A stretch of 64,000 nucleotides of DNA. Source: an uncultured Ignavibacteriales bacterium (GTDB taxonomy: Bacteria > Zixibacteria > MSB-5A5 > GN15 > FEB-12). Shown one piece after another: positions 1 through 8,026 of the stretch. Numbering within the stretch: the stretch's first letter is position 1; every line of letters begins with the position of its first letter. Where the stretch lies: positions 1 through 64,000 of the forward strand of contig CAYXJN010000009.1 in assembly GCA_964464605.1 (NCBI GenBank). The letters are read 5' to 3'. A program made the translations under genes and the position numbers. The notes under the pieces are model-generated. The model did no database searches. It was not told where the DNA came from and saw only the letters and a list, made by a program, of their open reading frames with translations.

Positions 1-1179
1 CATGAGGTTCCGGTATCAGTCGAGACATGCAAACCGGCCTCCTGCCCCGCTAAATACAAACGACCACTAACAACGGCGAAATCACTGATCGTCCTGTTTG
101 CGCCAACAAACTGAGTAAAACCGGAGTTGGTAAAACTGTTTCCAAAATTAGTTGATATCGCCAACCCGGTCGAAGCACCCGTCGCGCTCGCCCGTGTACC
201 GGCGAATATGGTACCCCCTAATTCAACTATAGAAGAAAGCGTTACACCGGGAAGGCCATTGGCAGTTGTGCGAGTGATATACGGGCCGCCGGTTTTTGTT
301 CCGCGCGTGAATCCTTCTTCGGTTGCGTAGTACACCCAATTGCTATCACCGCTGCAGACATCACAGAAAGCGATTTGGTTCACTCCCTTCGCCGACGGCT
401 TCACCTGCGGTTCAGCAAAAATATACTGAAACAATCCATCAGCTGAACCAACCCATAAATAGAGTGAATCCGGATGCGAGGTATCAGCAGCACAGGAAAA
501 TTCGAGATTGCGCAGTGAAGGGGCTTCGGTCGGCGTATTGTATTGAATCGAGTCATCAGCCGAGGGATACAACCGCCGCCAGTTAATGCCGCCATCACGA
601 GAGGCTAACAATCCGCCGGCAAAGGCACTAAAGAACACCCAGTCGGAATTAACCGATGCTCCCCCTTTGCCGGTGATATCATATATCGTTCTATCACCGC
701 CAAATACGAACGGGATATCGAGACCGTCTTCACTGAAATCGATCTGTGTCCAGGTAAAACCATTGTCATCGGAATAGGAAACCCCGTCGGACAATGTTGT
801 CAACGCGCCTAAAATCATTTCACTATGATTCGTCGCGACCCACAAGCGGCCATTGGGGGAACCGTACAGCGCCGAAACGTTGACACTCGGTAATCCGTTT
901 CCTTGATTGGCCAACAACCAGGTTTGTCCGCTGTCGGTGCTGAAGTTCAGCCCTTTGCTTCCGCCCAGCCAAACGGCGTTGTTGTGGACAATAATATCGA
1001 CCACAAAATTACCACCGATACCGGTGTCGGGAGGGGCCACAAGTGACTTGGGAATCAACTCTCCATTCGCAATCGATGCCAATAACAAACCGGCAATGCC
1101 TGCTGTACCCAAAAACCGGGACAGGCGAAAATTGCGAATCAGTGTTTTAAAACGGGAAAAAAGAGATGGTAACTGCAAG
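1..1179 (-). CDS. Secreted BNR/Asp-box repeat protein, partial (C-terminus lies beyond window start); TTG start
   Basis: Manual reverse-strand translation gives an uninterrupted frame from a TTG at 1177-1179 (TGA stop 8 codons upstream) to the window edge. N-terminus MQLPSLFSRFKTLIRNFRLSRFLGTAGIAGLLLASIA looks like a signal peptide. Three S-x-D-x-G-x-T-W Asp-box motifs (STDSGQTW, SDDNGFTW, SRDGGINW). Missing from the ORF track because it has no in-frame ATG and no stop inside the window. Confidence 0.55.
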
Positions 1180-1281
1180 AGATCTACTTTCGTTTGTCTT
1201 CAATTTTCTTTTGAACAATCCGTCTATAGTACCTCTTTGCCTTTCTTGTGCGCCAGTGAAAAGTTTTAATCCGTTATAAGC

Positions 1282-2670
1282 TTAAACTCTGCTTTTTACA
1301 GCCGGTTCCCGGCCTGCCGGTTTAACGGCAGCCTGCTCAAAGGTAACCGCTTTCAGGCAGGAGTCAATATAGAAGTACTGGTCCCTATGAAAGGGGACAA
1401 ACAGCAACTCGACGACTGACTGCTCTTCTGTTACTGTAAAATCAGTATTTCTACCGGTATTAACTGCCGCCTGCCGGGCCAAACTGGCCTGAAACAGCGC
1501 CAAAGCCTCGCTAAACGGCACCTGAACCGGAAACATGGGATATTTTGCTTTGGTCAGAACTGCCCAATTACAATGCGCCATCCCCCCGCTCATCCGCTGG
1601 GAAAGCCGGAACATTGCCTCATAATTACCGGATCGGAAAGCAGGTAGAATCCGCTTTTCCGAACCTGCCAATACCCAAAAGGGAAACCAGATATCCGGCT
1701 CCGACGCGTTTGCTTCAGCCAGTGAAATTCGTATATCGCCCGGAATCCCATTTTCCACTGCAATTCGTTCATCGCAATGGGTACACATGTAGACCAACGA
1801 CTGCTCCTGCGGCAGAGCATTTCCGCAATTCGGACAGCGATGAAATGTCAGGTGAACCTGATACCCGCCTGGAAATATTTGTTCGGTATCTGTTACTTCG
1901 TTTTCATCGATGATGTTTGCAGTACCTTTGGTAACGTCACCGCTCAGGAGATCGACGACAAAACTCCGTTTTTGTTTATCCCCTGTTGATTCGTATATCG
2001 CGTACGGGAAAAAGATCAGCGATGCTGACAAAGGGAAAAGCCGGTTGCTGTTTTTCCCGAAATCCGGAATCGATGTTTGCGATAATGCCTGCGAAATTTT
2101 TGCCGCTTGTTCTATTGCCTGTTCTGCTGAGCGATTTATCGGAATACAGGTGACACCGTTTTCCAGCTTATCTGCTGCCAGTGGATAAAGCGTCATATAT
2201 TTTGTGCGGAGTCCAATCGAAGCCGGAATGTCATTGTATATAGCTGCGGGAATCGTCGTTGAAAAGGGAGTAAGCGTAACCCGCTGCCGCGGTGTTTCTA
2301 CTACATCAACAGCTTCGGTGTCACCGATTTCGGAAACGACCTCTCTGCGCTCAATCTCATTGCGGATTTTCAAAAGAATCCCATCAAGATTCCAGTAGGG
2401 GAATAAAATGCGTTTGCGCATTAGCCCGTTCGGTAATGGCTCCCCCTGCACTTTGCAAAAGCGATCGATGGCAAAGCGCTCTTCCCGCTCGGAAATTGTT
2501 GGTTTAAAATAGAAAGCGGCTGAATGATGCGGCACTATCAGCCGAAGCGGTGAACGACAATGGTCGCACTGCGTAACAAAAAAATCGGCACCGAAATCGA
2601 CTGAAGCGCCACAGCCGGGACAACTGGTAGCAATTTTGAACCCGGCCGGCTGCATCGACATATGTATCAA
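1282..2670 (-). CDS. Hypothetical 462-aa protein with two zinc-ribbon motifs (CPGCG..CDHC and CPNCG..CTHC)
   Basis: Long ORF, 14 nt downstream of the SPFH gene on the same strand. Two CxxC..CxxC pairs, no TM segments. Possibly analogous to YdjG-type zinc-ribbon partners of SPFH proteins. Confidence 0.6.
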   Translation of the reverse strand: MIHMSMQPAGFKIATSCPGCGASVDFGADFFVTQCDHCRSPLRLIVPHHSAAFYFKPTISEREERFAIDRFCKVQGEPLPNGLMRKRILFPYWNLDGILLKIRNEIERREVVSEIGDTEAVDVVETPRQRVTLTPFSTTIPAAIYNDIPASIGLRTKYMTLYPLAADKLENGVTCIPINRSAEQAIEQAAKISQALSQTSIPDFGKNSNRLFPLSASLIFFPYAIYESTGDKQKRSFVVDLLSGDVTKGTANIIDENEVTDTEQIFPGGYQVHLTFHRCPNCGNALPQEQSLVYMCTHCDERIAVENGIPGDIRISLAEANASEPDIWFPFWVLAGSEKRILPAFRSGNYEAMFRLSQRMSGGMAHCNWAVLTKAKYPMFPVQVPFSEALALFQASLARQAAVNTGRNTDFTVTEEQSVVELLFVPFHRDQYFYIDSCLKAVTFEQAAVKPAGREPAVKSRV

Positions 2671-2684
2671 TAATCGAAGTTTTC

Positions 2685-3665
2685 TTACTTCGAGTTATCT
2701 TTCTTATTCGTTTTCTTGGGTGATGATTTTTGTTCCGACTGCGCCGCATCTTTCATCATCTGTGGCATCATCATCCCGACCCCGGTCATCATTCCCATCG
2801 CCGATCCCAACTCACCAGCTGTGCCGGATTTGCCGAGTCCTTTGGCCATCTGGTATTTCATGAACCGGTCGATATCGCCGACTGCTTCCATTCCGGAGCG
2901 CTCGTCTATCATCTTTGCCACTTCATCCGGCGGCGTAATCGAGGCGATATAGAAATCGACTAACTCAAGTCCGTATTTGGTAAATTCACCCCGGACAATC
3001 CCCTTAAAATCTTCAGCCAACTCCGTGTACTGGGCAGGAAGATCCAATAGTGAACTCAACCGCTCACCGAGGAAATCATTCATCCGGGCGATAATGACAT
3101 CCCGCAGGAAATCATCTATCAATTCTTTCGTGTACAATGCCTGACGGCCGACGACGGTATTCAAAAACTGAACCGGGTCAGCGAGACGCATACTGTACGC
3201 CCCATGTGCGCGCAATCGGACAAGTCCGAGTTCTTTATCTTTGAAGACGACCGGATGTTTTGTCCCCCATTTCATATCAATAAAGGTCTTCAGATTGAAA
3301 AAATAGACCTCAGCTCGAAACGGCGAAGTAAACCCGAACGGAAATGACAGCAAGCGCGTTAAGATCGGGATATTCCATGAGGTCAGGGTATGCCGTCCGC
3401 TTGAGAACCGGTCTGCTGATTTTCCATCCTTGAAGAATATCGCCTGCTGGCTGTCACGGACAATTAACTGCGCGCCGATTTTGAAATCGGCTGACCCTTC
3501 CTGCGGAAGCCGGTAGACTAATTCCGACCCGGTCGGGTCGACCCATTCGATAATTTCCAGTAAAAGTGACATAGGTAATTTGTTCTCCTGAACCCTGCGT
3601 TTTCCTTCATTGTCGGCCGTTCGGATTTGCTTCTTAAGTGCCGGAATGAATACTGATTGACCCAC
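2685..3665 (-). CDS. SPFH/band-7 domain protein (COG4260 / YdjI-like, 'virion core protein-like')
   Basis: 326-aa ORF with an SPFH-like core followed by a Met/Gly-rich segment (GSAMGMMTGVGMMMPQMM) and a Lys-rich tail. Members of this family usually carry a C-terminal zinc ribbon, which here is encoded by the next gene. Confidence 0.65.
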   Translation of the reverse strand: MGQSVFIPALKKQIRTADNEGKRRVQENKLPMSLLLEIIEWVDPTGSELVYRLPQEGSADFKIGAQLIVRDSQQAIFFKDGKSADRFSSGRHTLTSWNIPILTRLLSFPFGFTSPFRAEVYFFNLKTFIDMKWGTKHPVVFKDKELGLVRLRAHGAYSMRLADPVQFLNTVVGRQALYTKELIDDFLRDVIIARMNDFLGERLSSLLDLPAQYTELAEDFKGIVRGEFTKYGLELVDFYIASITPPDEVAKMIDERSGMEAVGDIDRFMKYQMAKGLGKSGTAGELGSAMGMMTGVGMMMPQMMKDAAQSEQKSSPKKTNKKDNSK

Positions 3666-3691
3666 TAAGTGCAGAGTGTGTATAATACAGC

Positions 3692-5293
3692 ATGAACCAG
3701 CGCTGTTCCCTTGCTGTCACCTTCACGTTTTGCACTATTCTCTTTTTGGGTATAATCGGTTGTGACAAACTGGTCACCGAAGAAATCATTGAAACCAATA
3801 CCGACCCGACCTTGGGACAAGCCTGTTTAAGCTGTCACACCGACAACAATAACCTGATACTTCGCCCGAAGGCGCAGTGGGAAAACTCAGCCCATTTTGC
3901 CTCGTCAGAGTTGATCGATGCTATCGTGACCATTAACACCAAAACGCGCAACGTCAGCGCCTGCGGTCCGCAGTGTCATACCAATGAAGGCTATATTAAG
4001 ACCTTCGACAGCATTAACGTAACGCCGCTCGGTTATTCCGCCATTGGCTGCAATACCTGCCACCAGCCGCATACCGGCCCTTATGCGCAATGGGATATTG
4101 ATACCCTTCGCGCCCTTGCCGATTTTACCGTACTGAGCAACGACTCGGTCTTTCGTATGGGTAAAGCGAATATGTGCGTTCACTGCCATCAAGCTGTTAA
4201 CCCGCCACCCACCGGAACCGCCGATGTGTTCTTATCAGCCGATGCGTTCGGACCGCACTCCGGCACACAGGCAGATGTCTTAAACGGAACAGGCGGTGTT
4301 CGTTTCGGAACGATTACCAACAGTGGCAGCAACCATAGGACGGCAGTAACGCAGAAAAACGGATGTCTTTCCTGCCATTTTGGAACAGGTCAGGGATATG
4401 ACTACGGCCAGCACACGTTCCGCCTGCAAAATGAAGATGCCTCGTTCAACTATGTCGCCAACTGTAATGTATCGGGTTGTCACAACGCCGCTCCGATTAC
4501 CGACTTTTACGCAGCAGCCTCTATCGATTCGATTAGAACGATGGCGGATTCACTCAGACGGGTCCTTACCAGTCTTGGCTATGTTAAACCGGATAGTGTT
4601 TCCTTTGCCGCTGACTCGACGTTAACCGCCCGTGAAGCGAAAATTTTGTATAATTATCTGCTCTATCAATTAGACGGCTCCGAAGGAGTGCATAACCCGG
4701 AATACATGGAGCAGATATTAACGCAGACCGTTGCCCAAATTGATTCACTTGCCCCCGTCGCCCGTTTTACGACCACCGACACCAGTGGGTGCTCCCCGTA
4801 CAGCGCCACATTCGATGCCTCTGCCTCATGGGGTTCAAACCTCACCTATCACTGGAATTTCGGCGACAATGATTCTGCCACCGGACTAGCCCCGACGCAT
4901 ATGTATGACACTGCCGGAGTCTATACCGTACGTTTGATAGTCAACAATCTCGGCGGTCTTGATACGTTGCTGCAAATCGGCCGGGTAATCGTCGGTTCCG
5001 TTCCGGTTGCTTTAGTAACAACTACGGACACCAATGTTGTCGCCGGAACACTTATTACGCTCAACGCCCCGACATTCAATATTGTGTCTAATGACTGGAG
5101 CATCACCGATTCACTCGGCACACCGGTTATCGATACCACCACAACCGGCAGCGTGTTACAGATTACCCTCAACGACCCCGGATTCTATTCCGTGATGTTG
5201 ACCTCAACAAATGTGTGCGGCAGTGATGACACCACCCACGTCAACCTGATTCAGGTAACATCCACACTGCTCGGCAAATTGATCGGCCGCTAA
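3692..5293 (+). CDS. Multihaem cytochrome c lipoprotein with C-terminal PKD domain
   Basis: Signal peptide with lipobox (LFLGIIGC). Four canonical CxxCH motifs (CLSCH, CNTCH, CVHCH, CLSCH) plus variants CGPQCH (CX3CH) and CNVSGCH (CX4CH). PKD-like signature WNFGDNDSATGLAPTHMYDTAGVYTVRLIV. Confidence 0.75.
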   Translation: MNQRCSLAVTFTFCTILFLGIIGCDKLVTEEIIETNTDPTLGQACLSCHTDNNNLILRPKAQWENSAHFASSELIDAIVTINTKTRNVSACGPQCHTNEGYIKTFDSINVTPLGYSAIGCNTCHQPHTGPYAQWDIDTLRALADFTVLSNDSVFRMGKANMCVHCHQAVNPPPTGTADVFLSADAFGPHSGTQADVLNGTGGVRFGTITNSGSNHRTAVTQKNGCLSCHFGTGQGYDYGQHTFRLQNEDASFNYVANCNVSGCHNAAPITDFYAAASIDSIRTMADSLRRVLTSLGYVKPDSVSFAADSTLTAREAKILYNYLLYQLDGSEGVHNPEYMEQILTQTVAQIDSLAPVARFTTTDTSGCSPYSATFDASASWGSNLTYHWNFGDNDSATGLAPTHMYDTAGVYTVRLIVNNLGGLDTLLQIGRVIVGSVPVALVTTTDTNVVAGTLITLNAPTFNIVSNDWSITDSLGTPVIDTTTTGSVLQITLNDPGFYSVMLTSTNVCGSDDTTHVNLIQVTSTLLGKLIGR

Positions 5294-5304
5294 TCAGAAA
5301 ATTA

Positions 5305-5350
5305 CCTATAAAAAAAGCCGCTCACTGGTTAGTAAGCGGCTCGTTTTATT
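5305..5350. terminator. Bidirectional rho-independent terminator between the convergent cytochrome and etfA genes
   Basis: AAAAAAA-AGCCGCT-(12-nt loop)-AGCGGCT-CGTTTTATTT: a 7-bp GC-rich stem with A-run upstream and T-run downstream. Confidence 0.6.
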
Positions 5351-5361
5351 TGCGAGAAAAT

Positions 5362-6324
5362 TTATCGACCGAATTCAGCTTTGAATTTCTTGGTCAAGGC
5401 CGGAACAATTTCGAACGCATCCCCGACAATCCCATAATTGGCGACCGAAAAAATCGGTGCATCTTTATCTTTGTTGATAGCGACAATCGTTTTCGAAGTC
5501 CGCATCCCCACCAGATGCTGAATCGCACCGGAGATACCGACCGCAACATAGAGTTTCGGATTCACCGTACGTCCCGTTTGCCCGACCTGATGCGCATACG
5601 GCACCCAGCCGGCATCGACGACCGCGCGTGACGCGCCAAAGGCCGCGCCCAGTGAATCAGCGAGGTCCTTGACAATCGGCAGGTGTTCCGGTCCGCGCAT
5701 TCCGCGACCGGCGGATACAACAATATCCGCTTCCGTTAAATTCATCGTTCCGCTTGATTCACTCTTCGATTCTTTTACCTCTGTTTTCCCCTGCACCAGT
5801 TGGTCGGATACGTGTCCTGTGACAACGGAACCGTTACCGCTTTTGGATTCAGGAAAAATTTTTGGACGAACCGTCACAAAAAACGGCCCGCTGCCGCTAT
5901 TAGAAATCTGCGACATAACTCCACCGCCAAAATGCGGACGGCTGGCAATAATGTTTCCGTTTTCAGCGCGTAATCCGGTAACATCTGAGGCCATCCCGGC
6001 GTTAAGTTTCGCTGCAAGACGTGAGAACAATGCCTTGCCGTAAAAATTCGCCGGAGCTAACACCACAGTCGGTGAAAGTTTCTGAATCTGGTCGGCAATG
6101 ACATTCGCGTACAATTCATCGTTAAAAAACTTCAGGCTCGCATGAGAAAGAGCGGTAACCGCTCCCCCACCGGCTGCAGCAACTTTTTCAGCGAGCGGCA
6201 CGGCGTTTTCGGCTAAGACGAGTGAAACCGTTTCGCCGCCGAGTCCGTTGGCAGCAGAAATCAACTCAAAGGTCGCTGACAAAAGCTGTCCATCCTTTTG
6301 CAGGGCAATGATCAATGTCTTCAT
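5362..6324 (-). CDS. etfA: Electron transfer flavoprotein alpha subunit
   Basis: C-terminal EtfA signature LYVAVGISGAIQHLVGMRTSKTIVAINKD. Start placed at the internal MKTLIIAL (ATG 6322-6324) with GGAGA upstream; the longer ORF N-terminus has no homology. Confidence 0.85.
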   Translation of the reverse strand: MKTLIIALQKDGQLLSATFELISAANGLGGETVSLVLAENAVPLAEKVAAAGGGAVTALSHASLKFFNDELYANVIADQIQKLSPTVVLAPANFYGKALFSRLAAKLNAGMASDVTGLRAENGNIIASRPHFGGGVMSQISNSGSGPFFVTVRPKIFPESKSGNGSVVTGHVSDQLVQGKTEVKESKSESSGTMNLTEADIVVSAGRGMRGPEHLPIVKDLADSLGAAFGASRAVVDAGWVPYAHQVGQTGRTVNPKLYVAVGISGAIQHLVGMRTSKTIVAINKDKDAPIFSVANYGIVGDAFEIVPALTKKFKAEFGR

Positions 6325-6586
6325 GTCTGGTCTATGTTTCTCCGAAGTAATGTTCTTTGCCGGGGAATATACATACCCGAATTGGCCGGGGCAACGGGCA
6401 AACCTGTTTCGTTTTGGAACAGCCCTTTGTCCGGCAGGCAGTATAGTCATCCCCCTATTCTTTCCTTTAAGTTTTGTTCCCGCTTGCCGATAAGGTAACA
6501 GGAAACCGCCCGCGGCTCAGGCAGGGAAATAGCCCGTGAGCGTCGGTCACAGATTGAAAGTTAAGTTTATTTGAAAGGATAGCGCT

Positions 6587-7279
6587 ATGCCTGAAATCGT
6601 CGTCAAATACGAAGATAAGGTGGTCGAGCGAATTGTAACGGAAAAGAAACGTATCTCAATCGGTCGAACCAACGAAAATGATGTCGTCTTGGAAAACCGT
6701 GGTGTTTCCCGCAAGCACGCTACGATCGAATTCAACGATCAGGCTGCCGTTATCATCGATAACGAATCCTTGAACGGTACATTCGTAAACAACCGGAAAA
6801 TCACCGAAGAAATTCTTCGCAATGATGATGTTATCACCATTGGCAAATATTCGCTGATCTATCATTCGCAGGCGGTGGCCGGCGGCGGTGAAGGAGCCGA
6901 AATGGACGGCACCATGGTGCTGAACACCAAAAAACATAAACAGCTTATCGAAAACGATAAAGTCGAACGTCAGATCGTTACCAAACATGGCGGCCCGGTA
7001 TTGTTAGGCGAAGAAAACGCCGAGTTCTCCGAATTCCGCGTTGACCGCGACGTGCTGACATTCGGCAAAGCAAAATTCGTAAACGTGAAAGCCAAAGGCT
7101 TCTGGATGTCCGGCTTGCAGGCCAAGTTAGTGAAAAATCCGGATGGCCATTACTCACTGGTCAACATCGGAAAAGCTGGTAAGACGTTTGTGAATGGAGA
7201 GCCGATTGAAAATGAAGTTCTGCGTAACGGCGACCTCATTACCGTCGGTAAGAGCACCTTTAAATTTCTTGAACGATAG
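6587..7279 (+). CDS. FHA domain-containing protein (two FHA-like modules)
   Basis: ISIGRTNENDVVLENRGVSRKHATIEF...NGTFVNNRKI is a classic FHA. A second FHA-like segment at the C-terminus (LTFGKAKFVNV...NGEPI...GDLITVGKSTFKF). Confidence 0.8.
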   Translation: MPEIVVKYEDKVVERIVTEKKRISIGRTNENDVVLENRGVSRKHATIEFNDQAAVIIDNESLNGTFVNNRKITEEILRNDDVITIGKYSLIYHSQAVAGGGEGAEMDGTMVLNTKKHKQLIENDKVERQIVTKHGGPVLLGEENAEFSEFRVDRDVLTFGKAKFVNVKAKGFWMSGLQAKLVKNPDGHYSLVNIGKAGKTFVNGEPIENEVLRNGDLITVGKSTFKFLER

Positions 7280-7287
7280 ATAATACA

Positions 7288-8016
7288 ATGCTGTGCGCCT
7301 TGATATCGGATATCCATGGCAACCTGGAGGCCCTGACGGCAGTGTTGCGCGACGTGGAACATTTTCATGTGGACGCTATCCACTGCCTCGGTGATGTTAT
7401 CGGGTACGGTCCCGATCCCGGGCCGTGCGTGGAACTCGTAAACACAACCTGCGACATAAAGCTCATGGGGAATCATGAACAGGCTGCCTGCGGCATGTTG
7501 TCGGTTGAAACCTACAACCCCGCCGCCCGCAAGTCCGCGTTATGGACAATTGAGCAGCTCAGCGATGCCCATTTCGACATGATTCGTCGCTACCGAATAG
7601 ATGCGCACAGAGAAAACATGTACCTCGTTCACGCCTCACCGTACCATCCGGATGAATGGCGCTATATCCTTTCCCCTGAAGAAGCGCTGCTGGCCTTTTC
7701 CTGCTTTGAGGAACAGATTTGTTTCAACGGCCACACGCATTTGCCGGTTATCTTTTCGGAATCACCGAACGGTGATCCACGCCTGCGGGTCGGACATAGT
7801 TTTATGCCGGATGAACATACCCGCTACATAGTAAACATAGGTTCCGTCGGCCAGCCCCGTGATAAAGATCCCCGCGCCTGTTATGCGTTATATGACAGTA
7901 CGGAGGAAGAAATTATCTATCGGCGGGTCGAATACGATATCAAAACCGCTCAACAAAAAATGGAAGCTGCCGATTTACCAGAAGTACTGATAACCCGGCT
8001 TTCTCAGGGACGTTAA
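7288..8016 (+). CDS. Metallophosphoesterase / PPP-family Ser/Thr protein phosphatase
   Basis: Motifs DIHGN, GDVIGYGPDP and GNHE of calcineurin-like phosphoesterases. Sits between the FHA gene and the Ser/Thr kinase gene. Confidence 0.75.
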   Translation: MLCALISDIHGNLEALTAVLRDVEHFHVDAIHCLGDVIGYGPDPGPCVELVNTTCDIKLMGNHEQAACGMLSVETYNPAARKSALWTIEQLSDAHFDMIRRYRIDAHRENMYLVHASPYHPDEWRYILSPEEALLAFSCFEEQICFNGHTHLPVIFSESPNGDPRLRVGHSFMPDEHTRYIVNIGSVGQPRDKDPRACYALYDSTEEEIIYRRVEYDIKTAQQKMEAADLPEVLITRLSQGR

Positions 8017-8026
8017 CGAGGATTTT

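Noticed and set aside
127-1269. Plus-strand ORFs 127-330, 323-586, 586-777, 907-1269
   Set aside because: They lie in three different frames, all antisense to a continuous minus-strand BNR-repeat gene. They are shadow ORFs.
5362-6450. Long form of etfA starting at MTILPAGQ (6450)
   Set aside because: The first 42 aa have no EtfA homology and would run into the divergent promoter region. The internal MKTLIIAL start, with an RBS, fits EtfA alignments.
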